Origin: Octopus sinensis
Taxonomy: Eukaryota
Length of the DNA: 64,000 bases
Assembly: GCF_006345805.1 (NCBI RefSeq)
Contig: NC_043003.1
Coordinates: 186,001 to 250,000 of the forward strand
Direction of reading: 5' to 3'
Both the position numbers and the translations under genes were made by a program. Shown one piece after another: positions 40,230-53,324 of the stretch (the stretch's first letter is position 1; every line of letters begins with the position of its first letter). The notes below the pieces were generated by a model. That model was not told where the DNA came from, did no database searches, and was given only the letters and a program-made list of their open reading frames with translations.

Positions 40230-40460
40230 TACCTTCGCTGCTTTCTTCCAAGGAATCTAATGCTCTTAGCTTAGTTTTTCGATGGTTCTGGCCAGATTGG
40301 AGCAATCTTGAGTATAACCAGCCGAAATTGCGAAGATAATCTGGAACTCGACTGAGGAAAGAAAACTCCGAATGACCCGTCTTTGTTTTCTTTATATCGT
40401 ATGTCTGGATGTTTTGTTGTCCCTTTTTTGTATCACTTGTCTGGATGTTATGCATTCTTG
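40230..40460 (+). repeat. Dispersed repeat family (TTCTTCCAAGGAATCTAATGCTCTTAGC)
   Basis: Similar copies at ~46400-46720 and twice, inverted, at 57755-58042; class not determined, possibly PLE-derived. Confidence 0.8.
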
Positions 40461-40489
40461 TCCCATTTTTGTATTTTATACATATATAT

Positions 40490-40534
<45 letters not shown>

Positions 40535-40829
40535 CTCCGCCGGTTACGATCAGCGGAACAGCTTGCTCGTGAAATTAACGTGCAAATGGCTGAGCATTCC
40601 ACAGACACGTGTACCCTTAACGTAGTTCTCGGGGATAATCAGCGTGACACAGAGAGTGACAAGGCTGACCCTTTGAAATACAAGTACAACTCATTTTTGC
40701 CAGCTGAGTGGACTGGAGCAACGTGAAATAAAGTGTCTTGCTCAAGGACACAACGCGTCGCCGGGAATCGAACTCACAACCTTACGATCATGAGCCGAAT
40801 GCCCTAGCCACTAAGCCACGCGCCCTCAC

Positions 40830-40866
<37 letters not shown>

Positions 40867-40878
40867 ATACATATATAC

Positions 40879-40939
<61 letters not shown>

Positions 40940-40973
40940 AAAAATAAAATAAATGCGCCCTTTTTAAAGCCTA

Positions 40974-41005
<32 letters not shown>

Positions 41006-41589
41006 TCTACAAACTTACTTATATACATACATGCATGTGTGTGTGTGTGCGTGTGTGTGTATGTCTATATCTATATCGCTTTCCATATCTGTAGACCTAA
41101 TATACACACACTTGTAAATGTATAAATGTATGCACGTATAGTGTTCAGTTATATATAAAAAATAAACAACAATTATACATTAATCTTAGTCACTCGTTAC
41201 TTTTTTTAGAGTACAAATCTATTATTCTTATACAAGAGTACAGTCCGACGACGACTTAGCTGGCCGAAGCTTCGAAATCACTGTCATATATATATATGCA
41301 ATATACGCACATGTATACTTTCAAGCGTGCCTTTTATGCGTCAATTAAACATCACTGATTCTTCTTGCGGCGTCGTCTATGAAAATGCCAGCAGATGACG
41401 TGGCGCCTGTTCGTCACGTGACAGCAGCGACCGGCGTTCGTGAGCAACTTCGAGATAACAAATGCACCTGTCAACGAAATGTCTTAATGTTTCATCTGAG
41501 TATTTAGTCAAGTGGTTGTTGTCATTAGTCGAAGATGTTTAGTATTTATTTAGCTAAATAGAAGGTGCTGTACGAGCGTGCTGTGTGTG

Positions 41590-41646
<57 letters not shown>

Positions 41647-42136
41647 TACACATACATAAATACATACAAACATACATAGGTACACACATATATACACATG
41701 TACATACACACGGGCATATACACACGCACACATACATATATACACACATTCGTATATACGCACATGCATACACACACGCACACATACACACATACATATA
41801 TACACACATAAATACATACACATGCACACATACATACATACATACATACATACATACATACATACATACATACATACATACCTATGTATCAACTGTTTAA
41901 CCTCCGAGATATGTTGAGTGTTTTTGCTTTCGTTTGTACGCTCACAATTACATACGCACACACACGCGCACACGCACCCCCACACACACATACACACACA
42001 CACAAACGCACACGCATATATGACATGTGTGAGTTTCTGTATGTATTGCATATACATAAATACCTAAATACACACACACGCATGCACACATATATAATAT
42101 ATATTCACACAGACACACAGACACACATACACGTAT

Positions 42137-42170
<34 letters not shown>

Positions 42171-42192
42171 ATTATATATATATATATATATA

Positions 42193-42234
<42 letters not shown>

Positions 42235-42855
42235 TGTATACATGTATATTTGCATGTATAGTGGCATAGAAACAGGTGTGTCAGTAGATGAATGTAGTGT
42301 GGGTATGTGTGTATTTATGAGTACATGTGTGAGTATACATATATGTATATATGTTGAGATAAGAGTACATATTCAAGTGTAGGTATTTGTGAATTGAAGG
42401 GAGTATATCGTTTTATTTTTAGAAATTATTCGAGCTTATGTAGCTGTACAGTCATCTCTCGACTATCGCGGGTTTTACGTTCCAAAATCTCCCACAGAAA
42501 TAATTAAAATCTAAAAAAATATAAATACCTATCGGCCGCAGAAACCCGCGATATACTGAGGAGCCCGCGATATAAATTTACATATATTAGCCAGAAAAAT
42601 GTGTGATGTAGTGAGTGTGCGAGAGGTGGACGGCGATATAGCGACGGATTACTGTACGTTAATAATATTAAAAAGTGTGTATGTCTATTTGGTTTGTAAA
42701 TGCGTGTATGTGCACGCGCATGCGCAGGTGTGCACATGTGTAGCATTTCTGTTGTGTATTTGTGACTATTGATTGTACGTGTACCATATGCTTCTCAATT
42801 GTGTCCGTGTGTCATGTGTCGTGTGTGTGTGTGTGTGTTTGTTTATGTGTGCGTA

Positions 42856-43057
42856 TCAAGGGAGTGTTGAAAAGTTCCTGGTTTTGGGTAGAAGAAAATA
42901 CAGGAGGGTCAGTTAATTACGATTTTATACAACGTATCCTCCTCCCAGATTATTGCAACGGTCATTCAGTTTTCAAAGCCCTGTAAAAAAAAGTGGGCCT
43001 CCAGCCAGCCCTTTTGCAACATCCTCAAAGCCAGGTACTTTTCAGCACCCAGCTCGT
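42856..43057. mobile_element. Mariner-type MITE
   Basis: Imperfect TIRs CAAGGGAGTGTTGAAAAGTTCCTGGTTT and AAAGCCAGGTACTTTTCAGCACCCAGCTCG. Confidence 0.7.
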
Positions 43058-43071
43058 GTATATATATATAT

Positions 43072-43637
43072 TTGGGTTGTCCGGAAAGTTCGTGCCGATT
43101 TTTAAAGGAAATAAAAAGGTCACTAAATACTTGCCATTATATTTTTAATCAACCAAATATGAACCATTTTGTTGCGCAATGCATCTCCATCTTTCCTTTA
43201 ACCTGAAAATACCCTCTTCCCAGAATTGAGGTGGTTTAATGGCAAAGAATTCATCAAGTTATCTTTTTACGTCATCCAAGGAATTGAAATTTTTACCATT
43301 AAGACTATTCTGCAGAGACCTGAATAAGTGGAATTCTGAAGGAGCAATATCTGGTGAATATGGAGGGTGGGGTAACACATCCTAGCCGAGCTGCAGCAAT
43401 TTTTCTCTGGTTCCCAAAGTATCAAGTGCTGAAAATGAACTTTCTTATTTTCCATTTTAAAGGGTTACAGAATTAACACAGGTTATAGGAACATAAACCT
43501 TCTTCCACAAAAAGATAACTTAAACTGTGCTCTAAATGGAGGTGTAGTCAAATTCTATTTTATGGACTCAACCATCTTCTAAAATAAGTCAAAAGGCAAG
43601 CTACTATAAATCGGCACGAACTTTCCGGACAACCCAA
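43072..43637 (-). mobile_element. Mariner non-autonomous deletion derivative, copy 2
   Basis: Reverse-complement homologue of 15573-16135 with the same TIRs and TA flanks. Confidence 0.92.
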
Positions 43638-44850
43638 TATATATATATATTTATAAGCCGGTACTCCGACGGTAACAACAAGTGTTCTAACTGGTCCGGT
43701 CAACGGAACAACCTGCTTGTGAAAAGAAAGGTACGAGTGTGTGAGCCCTCCACAGACACGCGTACCCTAACATAGTTCTCAGGGGAGAATCTGCGTGACA
43801 GAATCTGATGTGGCTGGCCCTTTCGCTTACAGTTACAACTCAGTTTTGCCCGCTGAGTGGACAGGATCAACGTGAAATAAAGTGCCTTGCCCAAGGACAC
43901 AACATGCTACCAGGAATCGAACTCACATCCTCACTGTTAGCAGAATACCCTAGCCACTTAGCTTCAAGCCTTCACTCTCTAACCCCCTCTCTCTCTATAT
44001 ATATATAGTGAAGGCGCGTATACACACATACACACACACATATATAAAGCCCCTCCCACATATAAGACATGTTATTTGATTAAGAGGAATGGGTGAAGTA
44101 CTCAATATGGGAGCAGAGTTACTGGAATCAACGTAATATATACGTACACACATACACACACACACACATACACACACACACACATGCACATACACGCACA
44201 TACACATTCACACTTTTAGGTAGAAATTTATGTGTGTGCATGCATGTATAGGTATGTATGTATGTATGTATGTATGCATGCATGAATGTGTGTGTAATTA
44301 TTTAATCTATGCACGAGTGTGTATGAACACGTGTGTGCGCACTCGTGTGTGTTCATGTGCCGAAGATCGGGTTTCTAATAAAGATAATATCTCGCTGCCG
44401 ACGACAGCTTGTACAATGACATTGTTGGTAATTCATCCATCGCCGAAACGACGTTCGTAACTCGATACACCCATCTTATCTTCAGTTACCATTTTAGTAT
44501 CAATGGAACGTTTATTGCAGAAAAGTCGTCATAGTAGAGTACTTGCTGAGTACTTACTGAACTCATAGTAAAGTTAGTACAGGTAGGAGAGAAAATGCGT
44601 TTATAGCTTTTAACTCTGAATTCAATGTCACACCACAGATAACTTCAGAAGAAAATGGGGATAATCCCCACCTCACCCGCTTATAGGCGCAGGCGTGGCT
44701 GAGTGGCGAAAAGTTTGGTTCTCGTTTGCATGGCACATTGGACAAATATCTTTTACGGTAGCCTTCAGCCTTGAGCCGGGCAAGGTCTTGGGAGTGGATT
44801 TAAGTAGGCGGAAACTGAAAGAAGCCCCTCGTATATATAATATATATATA

Positions 44851-45077
44851 TTCTTTTACTTGTTTCAGTCATTTGATTGCGGCCATGCTGGAGCGCCGCC
44901 TTTTAGTTGAACAAATCGACCCCAGGACTTATTCTTTGTAAGCCTAGTACTTATTCTATCGGTCTCTTTTGCCGAACCGCTAAGTTACAGGGCCGTAAAC
45001 ACACCAACATCGGTTGTCAAGTGATGGTGGGGGGACAAACAGACACACACACATATACATACATACATACACACACA

Positions 45078-45121
<44 letters not shown>

Positions 45122-45283
45122 GACGGGATTCTTTCAGTTTCCGTCTACCAAATCCACTCACAAGGCTTTGGTGGGCCCGAGGTTATAGTAGAAGACACTT
45201 GCCCAAGGTGCCACGTAGTGGGACTGAACCTAGGACCATGTGGTTGGTAAGAAAGCTACTAACCACACAGCCACTCCTGCGCC
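44851..45283 (-). mobile_element. Full-length tRNA-derived SINE
   Basis: Same family as 19245-19646; head GGCGCAGGAGTGGCTGTGTGG. Confidence 0.9.
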
Positions 45284-45297
45284 TATATATATGGTGC

Positions 45298-45565
45298 TTA
45301 TATAAGCCCAAAGCTTACAGCGATCACCTTGCAACGACTAAGGAAAATAGTCTAATAAAGGGGCATATAAACCCTCGACAGAAAAAAACTAGGCTTTCCC
45401 ATCCGCGTGGGACTCGAACCCACATCCCTTTGTTAACGCAACTAAGTGTGTTACCATTACACGCGGAAAGCCTACTTTTTTCTGTCGAGGGTTTATATGC
45501 CCCTTTATTAGACTATTTTCCTTGATCATTGCACGGTGATCGCTGTAAGCTTTACGCTTATATAA
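45298..45565. mobile_element. Foldback/MITE-like element with ~100-bp arms around a tRNA-like core
   Basis: Arms 45298-45399 and 45465-45565 are near-perfect inverted repeats; the core on the minus strand has D-arm and T-arm features. Confidence 0.8.
45402..45466 (-). pseudogene. tRNA-like sequence (anticodon not assignable, possibly GTT)
   Basis: GTGT-AATGGTA-ACAC D arm and GTGGG-TTCGAGT-CCCAC T arm; the anticodon arm is irregular with a 9-nt loop. Confidence 0.6.
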
Positions 45566-45633
45566 AAATACATTATTATTATTTACGGGATTGTAAAACC
45601 CGGCGTCGCATAACAAGACCATTCGCACCGAAA

Positions 45634-45692
<59 letters not shown>

Positions 45693-45693
45693 T

Positions 45694-45733
<40 letters not shown>

Positions 45734-45736
45734 GGA

Positions 45737-45896
45737 TGGATCAAAGAAGTTTGATTCAAATTCGATGGTACTCTTGAGTTTCAAGTGTGATGCTAGTCGT
45801 CAGACATTTCAAATTTAAATTCAAAATGCCTGACGACAAGCATTGCACTTGAAACTCAAGAGTACCAACGAATTTCAATCAAACTGCTTTGATCCA
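45737..45896. repeat. 160-bp palindrome whose arms each contain a hammerhead-like core
   Basis: Right arm: CTGACGA-CAAGCATTGCACTT-GAAAC-TCAAGA-GTA; the left arm gives the same motif on the minus strand. Confidence 0.8.
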
Positions 45897-45954
45897 TACA
45901 TGTAACTCCCAATAAATTGGTTGAGTGCCTTTCTTTCGTTTGCCCACTCACTCG

Positions 45955-45999
<45 letters not shown>

Positions 46000-46741
46000 C
46001 ACACACATCTTGTACGACACATCTTACAAAATCTTGTACGACTCTGCTTCTGTCTATCAGCCCTTTCACGCTTATTCGTTCATTCCACTCTTCGTTCTTT
46101 CGTTCCCTCTCTCTCACATTTCTTTGCCTTCTTACTCACTTTCCCTCCATTTTTCACTTCACTGTGTCCCTGTCATTTTCCTAATCCCTCCTTAATTCTT
46201 CTGTCCCTCTGCTTCTTCTCCTCTCTCTCTTCTCATGTGACCAATCGGCCAGCCTGCTCTTACTTTCTTGGTCTGCAACATCGATATTCTTCCCTGTGCT
46301 TGTAAAAATTTTGTACCTCTGCCGTAAGGTTTCATTTCCACACGCGCCAGCTTAATTTAATTCGTCCTTAGTCGAAAGACACCTGTTGTTATGTCCTGTT
46401 ATTATTTTTATTGTATTTATATTTGTGTAACACTGTCCGTTTTTTCCGTCCTTGTTTTTGTATACATTCGCTGCTTTCTTCCAAGGAATCTAATGCCCTT
46501 AGCTTAGTTTTTCCTTGGGGCTGGCCAGATTGGAGCAATCTCAAGAATAATCAGCTGAAATTGCGAGGATAATCTGGTTCTTGACTGAAGATAGAAAACT
46601 TCGAATGACCCGTCCTTGTTTTCTTTGCATTGTCTATCTAGTTGTTTTGTTGTCCCTTTTTGTATCACCTAGTTGTCCGGATGTTTTGCGTTCTTGTCCC
46701 GTTTCTGTGCAATGATAACAGTTGTTAGCTGCTGACTTTAT

Positions 46742-46792
<51 letters not shown>

Positions 46793-47293
46793 CGTGTGTG
46801 CGTGCGTGTGCATGTGTGTCTGTTTGTATTCCACGACTGATTGACAATTGATGTTGGTGTTTGCATCCTTGTAAGTTGGCGGACCGATAGAATATGTGTG
46901 AGGCTTTAAAAAAACATGTACTGGAGTCTATTCGTTCAACTTCAATTCTACGAGACGGTGCTCCAGCATGGCAGCAGTCTAATGACTGACACAAGAAAAA
47001 AGGTACAATATTATACGGGATCAATGGAATAATGACAGTAGTAGTAGTAGTAGTAGTCGTTGTGTGTGTGTGTGCATGCTTGTATCTGTTACCCCACCAC
47101 TACTTGACAACCAGTGTTGGTTTGTTTACGTCTCCGTAACCTAGCGGCTCGGCAAAAAAAACGATAAACAGAATAATTACTAGATTGTAAAATAATCAGT
47201 ACTGGGGTCGATTTGTTTTAAACTTTTCAAGGCGGTGCTCCAGCATGGTCACAATCCTATAGCTGAAGCTGATAAAAGAGGTACCAGAGATAT

Positions 47294-47345
<52 letters not shown>

Positions 47346-48494
47346 ACACAAACACACGCACACACACATTAATCTTACGTTCAAGAAAATTATTAACAAC
47401 ACATTTTTCATTACTCCAAAGCATTAATATGGATTTTCTATCATGGGAGCTCCCTATTTGAGGTGCTTGAACTCGTGGGGATGCGAGATGTCATTTCAAG
47501 GTATAAGACGAAGAGCGAAAGTATATACGTTATTAAAATCGTTTTTCCAGCTAAAATGAATTGACTTAAAAATAACTTTGCTCTATTAAACGCACCAATA
47601 ATTTTGTTATTCCACAGTGCTGTATGTAGTTCAGTTGTTTTTAAAAAAATTAATTACTAGAAATTTTATTAGTTCATCTTCAAATATAATATTACTTTCG
47701 TAGGATAAGCAAAACTTGATCAAGTATTAAGGGTAAAGGCTTAGGAAAAAGGTTGGAAATCACTGTTATATAATTTTTAAAAATTCGCAGCAGGCCTCGA
47801 TACACAGCCTAGACAACAACAAAAACAATAACAACTTCTTATCCTCTCCTTTCTGAGACTCGACTGATTTCATCATGCATTCTTTTTCTTCATCGTTCTT
47901 TCTCTCTTCTTTCCTTTTCCCCTCTTCTTCTTCTTTCTTCTTCTTCTTCTTCTTCTTCTTCTTCTTCTTCTTTCTTCCGCACTCCCCATCAGTCAGGCCT
48001 ATGTTTGGCTTCTCTCTCCCTCGATGTTTTCACTTACTCTCCTCCCTCCTCCTCTTCTTCCTCCGCTCCCTCCTCTTCCCCTCCTCCTCACTATCTTCCA
48101 TTTTCTGTCTCCTACTGTAACATTCTTCCTTTTCACCAATAATCATCTCCTTTCTCTCCTCTTTCTCCAATCTTCCTCTTCTATTTCCCCCCTCATCTTA
48201 CATTCCCACCTATTCCTCATTCCATCTCCTATACCTATTATGATTTCCCCCTTCCCTTACCTTACACACACATAAACACACACATGCACACACTTACAAT
48301 CTTCACTCTCTCTTTTACTCTCTCTTCCGCTTCTATCTTATCTCACTTTTCTTGTTCTTCTTCTTGTTCTTCTTCTTCCTCCACCACCGGTCCACCTCCC
48401 ACCCAACATTCATATACAATCCCATTCTTATTTTTTCCTCACAAATTCCCTCTTTTCTTCTTCCCCACCATCTACGTTATTTCCAGCTATCTTC

Positions 48495-48723
48495 TTCTTC
48501 GTCTTCTTCTTCTTCTTCTTCTTCTTCTTCTTCTTCTTCTTCTTCTTCTTCTTCTTCTTCTTCTTCTTCTTCTTCCGTCCTCCTACCACGTTGTTTCCAT
48601 TCCTACCACCATTATCCTTTCCTGTTTTCCGTTTCTTACTCATATTTTCTTGAGTGAGACGCTACATTCCCGCCTACTTTGTTCTTTCCTCTCAATATAT
48701 TACTCTCTCTCTCCCTTTCTCTG

Positions 48724-48804
<81 letters not shown>

Positions 48805-48806
48805 CT

Positions 48807-48887
<81 letters not shown>
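48495..48887. repeat. (TTC)n and (TATC)n microsatellites in a pyrimidine-rich tract
   Basis: Direct reading; the overlapping ORFs are artefacts. Confidence 0.93.
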
Positions 48888-48888
<1 letters not shown>

Positions 48889-49717
48889 CACTCAACCTAC
48901 TCTTTCCTTGGTCTTTTTCCTTCCCTCTTTCGCTAGTTCGTTTAAAAATCTCTCTGTCTCTCTTTCCTATCACAAACCTTCACGTCATCCGTCGTTGCAG
49001 CCTCCACCTACACTGTTGAACTTACGTCAAAAAAGATTTCATTGTTTTCTTGCCAAGAAGAAAACATCCACACCAGACGAGAAATATTTGTAAGGAGATT
49101 GTGGAAGGTTCTTTTAGTCGAGTAACTTGAATCGGAAACAGAGGGGGGAGGAGAGAGGGAGCGAGAGGGAGAGAAAGAGGGAAAGAGAGATAAAGAAGGA
49201 AAGTGTAATACAAGAGACAGAAGAGATCTTGAAAGAGACGAGAAAACTATATATATATATATTATATATATATATATATATTATATATATATATATATAT
49301 TGTGTGTGTATACAGAAAGAGAGAAAGGGAGAAAGAGAGAGAGAGAGACAAACAGAGAGAAATAGAGAGAGAAAGATGAGAGAGAGAGAAGTGGGAGATA
49401 GAGAGGGAGAGAGGAAATACGAGACATAGAAATAAGAAGTCTTGTAGAAGAAAGAGAAAACTATATATATTACCCTTTATACTATTTGTGTATGTACATA
49501 TGTGTGTGTATGTACAGAGAGAGAGAGAAAGGGAGAAAGAGAGAGAGACTGACAAACACACAGAGAGAAAGAGAGAAAGAGAAAGAGAGGACAGAATGGG
49601 CTCCCTGCAGACATAAAGTTATGAGGTGTTGTGAGGTGGGGTTGGAATTGATAGAGACGAAATTGTTGTGGGCGGAGGAAGTGAGAACAAAGGAGTGAAA
49701 AGAGAGAGAGAGAGAGA

Positions 49718-49759
<42 letters not shown>

Positions 49760-49952
49760 AGAATAGAAGAAAGAGAGAAGACGGAAAGAGAGAAGCAAAA
49801 GAAGAGAGAAACTAAGAGGATCTTTTTTATTTGCTGGGTATAGGCTTATATCCTTACTCTCCCTTACTCTCCCTGACTTCTCTGACTTGGTTATAGTAGC
49901 AAATCTTTCGACCAAACCAAGAAGACCATGTTTCTATTTTGTTCCTCATCAT

Positions 49953-50212
49953 CAGGGCTGGATTATAATTCTCAGAGGCCCTAAACCCTTAAAAGATTTT
50001 GGTGCCCTAATATGTATGTAATTCAAGATATAAACAATAATAAACCGTAAAATAAAACTTTCCGACCATGTAAAGCATTTGGAATATTTATTTCAGTAAG
50101 TTTGAAGTGATTTCTTTTGTACCGTAAACCATTTACTATTTCTGTGGTGCCCCTACTTCCTTTGATGCCCTAACCACAAGTTTATTTTGCTTAATGGTCA
50201 ACCCCGCGCTGC
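49953..50212. mobile_element. Probable hAT-like MITE (CAGGGCTGGATT terminus)
   Basis: 5' CAGGGCTGGATTA, internal GGCCCT/GTGCCCT repeats and a degenerate 3' terminus CCCCGCGCTG. Confidence 0.45.
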
Positions 50213-50718
50213 TCATTGTTGATATGCTATCTGACAGAAGTATCGTTGTTCCTTATTTTTCTATATCAGGTGGCAGGAGATAGGAAATGAACTCAGAGTG
50301 CACAGAGCCAAAACAGATCTCACAATGCATTCCGTCTGACTTAACGACCATGGCTGCTATTTCTAACAGGACGAGCGACCACTTTGAGGCTCCTTCATTG
50401 GCTTACCTTTATCTTCGGTGCCTTGTCGTCTTCGTTGTTGTGTAGTTCCCACTCATCTTAGTTCGACCAGACAACAATTACTTTCACTTTCATTTTAACG
50501 AACAATGGCCGTAGTCTTCTTAACTTTGCTCTTTTTAATGTCGTACAGTTTCTCCTCGCTTTTCCTTTCCCTTGTTGTGCACTGAGTTACAACTTCTTTT
50601 CAGCAATTGTATCTTATTGTTTCGATTTATGCGGAGAAGAGATTTCCTTTCATTCAGCCATCTTGGACGTTTGTGGTTTGAATCTCTATCTCCAATTTTG
50701 TCCCAATTATTTTCAAAT

Positions 50719-51191
50719 TTGGTCGATGGATTAAGTTTTGTATACTAATTATGTAAACGAAAATCATTTCCCCTATAAATTTATAGTTAAAAAGTTATTA
50801 GCCTTTAAAGTTTGCAAAATTTGCGGTATTTTAGCCAATCAGAAGCGAGTATTTTACACATCACCGTGAAGTTCTGTTAGTATAGTAAGCAAAGAACTCT
50901 GTTTCCATAGTAACCAAAGATGCTGCGCATGCGCAAAGGCGTGTAATCACTACGTGTTCCATAACTGTTCGCAAAGAACATTGTTTCCATAATAACATGT
51001 TTTTTTTTACTGTTATTTCTAATGTTTTGACATGCCGGCGCACCCTCTATCTACTGTGATAGATTATAGAAGAGGCAGCGAACGCGGTGCTTTCTGATTG
51101 GCTGAAAATTCTGATAATTATCAAACTTTGAACACCTGTATTTACAGTACATTTGGAAGTAAGGCAATTTGTCGTAGAGAGTTACGACCAA
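50719..51191. mobile_element. MITE-like element with long imperfect TIRs and central promoter-type motifs
   Basis: Termini TTGGTCG and CGACCAA; subterminal inverted AAAGTTTG...AGCCAATCAGAA blocks. Confidence 0.55.
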
Positions 51192-51480
51192 CGAACACTA
51201 GTATAAGTGTCGTGAAGTCTAATGATAACCAAAACTCACTAGTGTGAGTGTCGTGGAGTTTAGTAACAACCAACGATCACTGATTGATTTCCCCCAAATC
51301 ATTGTTTCTATAACTGCTCATACCTGAATTATTCTTTGTAAGCCTGCACTTATTCTGTCGGGCTCTTTTGCCGAACCGCTAAGTTACGAGGATGTAAACT
51401 CACTAACATCGGTTGTCAAGCGATGGTGCGGGGAAAACATAGACACAGACACACGAACACACACACACACACAGACACAC

Positions 51481-51531
<51 letters not shown>

Positions 51532-51610
51532 TTTTCCGACCACTTGCCATGATTGGCCGCTAAATCCACAAGTTTTTTAAAATTCTCTCTCTGTTTATTT
51601 CCTCATATTC

Positions 51611-51646
51611 CTTTCTGTTGAAGAGCGTAGACTCGAAATGTAAAAG
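51611..51646 (+). ncRNA. Minimal hammerhead-like motif, variant core
   Basis: CTTT-CTGTTGA-A-GAGC-GTAG-ACTC-GAAAT-GTA-AAAG; stem I CTTT/AAAG; same type as 22125-22160. Confidence 0.5.
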
Positions 51647-51713
51647 ACTTTCTCACCTTCCGACTGCTTGTTGTTTATTCACCTGTCTTCGTCTTTTGTT
51701 TTTCTGTAAATTT

Positions 51714-51782
<69 letters not shown>

Positions 51783-51849
51783 AGATAAACTTAGATGTGT
51801 TTCGACCAATGATTGGTCCAGGCCATGTCTAACTTAATAGCACCACCTG

Positions 51850-53235
51850 ATAGGATTATTTGAATCCTGTTTAAGTCAAGTTTGCTTATGGTCCATTCAA
51901 GTTGTGAGTTTAGTTTTTGTTGGGTGATTTGTATCCAATTATGGTTGGCTTATCTGGTATTCCTTGAAGGAATCTATCCAGACTCCGTTAAAGTTGATGG
52001 GATCCTGTTCCTCTTTGATCTCTTTCGGGACAATGTTAAATAGGGCAGGGCCTGTTGAGGAAAAGAAATTATGTTGTTTGTAGTGTATGTATGCTGTGAT
52101 CTTGAATTGGGCAGGGGACGTATGGCCGTGGTCCCAGTCTTGGATGAACCTTGAAGCTTATGTTCAGGTCGTTTGGGCAAAAGTTGGCGGTATATTCTCC
52201 ACATCGTACAAATGATGTACCGCTCACGGCGACGCTGGAGAGAGTAGAGTTTCAAGGCTTTAAGGCGATCCCAATAATCGAGAGCAGCCATGCCTTCAAT
52301 TCGTTTAGTGAGTGCTCTCTGGGTGAGGTGATTCAATCCTCGAGATGTTTTGTCTTGTATGGGGAGACCACAGGGGCAGCAGTATTCGAGGTGTGGCCGT
52401 ACAAAGGAGGAGAAGAGTGGTATGATGACACCTTGTTCTCTGGACCGGAAAGTTCTTAAGATCCAGGAACTCATCCTACGAGCTATATCGACCTTTTGTT
52501 GATGTGTGCACTCCAACTGAGATCGTCATCAACAATTACACCTAGGTCTCTGATGTTGTTAGAGGCTGTGAGCGGTCCCCTGAAGGAAGAGAGTATGGCA
52601 GTTTCAGTGAGGAATTTCTTCCAAAATGCATCAGCTCAAATTTTCCCTCGTTCAGTTGCATTTTGTTTCTGTCTGCCCATTGACTCACAGCATATAGATC
52701 AGACTGGAGTTGAGTTCGTCTCTTCTTCATTGACGATTTGCTGGAGCTTGGTGTCATCAGCAAATATTTTCACTTTGCAGTAATGTACGACACTGGAAAG
52801 GTCGTTTATGTAGATTATGAAGAGTAGCGGACCCAAGACAGTCCCCTGGGGGACACCGCTGGTGACTTTTGCTGGGCTTGAGTGGACTCCATCAACTACA
52901 ACTTGTGTTCTATTCGCCAGGAAATACTTGATCCAGTGTAGAACTTTTCCACGGATTCCAACATTTGCCAATTTTGAGAGTAGGATATTATGGTCAACCC
53001 TGTCGAACGCTTTACTGAAGTCAAGATATGACATCAGAGTTCGAACCTGTTCCCAAGGCTTTGAGTACATCTTCAATGTGGTGTAAGAGCTGTGTTAGAC
53101 AGTTCCTGCCACAGCGAAAGCCATGCTGATTTGCATTTAGGAGTTTCTGTGTCTCCAGGAAGTCAGCCATCCTTGATCTTAACACTCTTTCAAACACTTT
53201 GATGATGTGGGAGGTGAATGGCCATAATAGGACAT
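51850..53235 (-). mobile_element. CR1/L2-like LINE 3' part, decayed
   Basis: Contains TSHIIKVFER, YLDFSKAFDRVDH, SGVPQGTVLGPLLF, FADDTKL, RPHLEYC and LYSLQRRRERY, with several frameshifts. Confidence 0.92.
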
Positions 53236-53324
53236 TCGATTCACTAGAAAGAGCAGCCAAACTCAAACCGCTAATAGTTGTAATTCTGAAATTGAAAGAG
53301 AAATAAAAACGTTTGCCCCTTTCA

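Noticed and set aside
40354-40381. CTGAGGA...TCC-GAAT-GACCC-GTC in the dispersed repeat (also ~46586)
   Set aside because: GAAT instead of GAAA in both copies and no stem I; not supportable as a ribozyme without a consensus.
44396-44462. CCGACGA...GCC-GAAAC-GAC-GTT motif
   Set aside because: Core change plus poor stems I and II.
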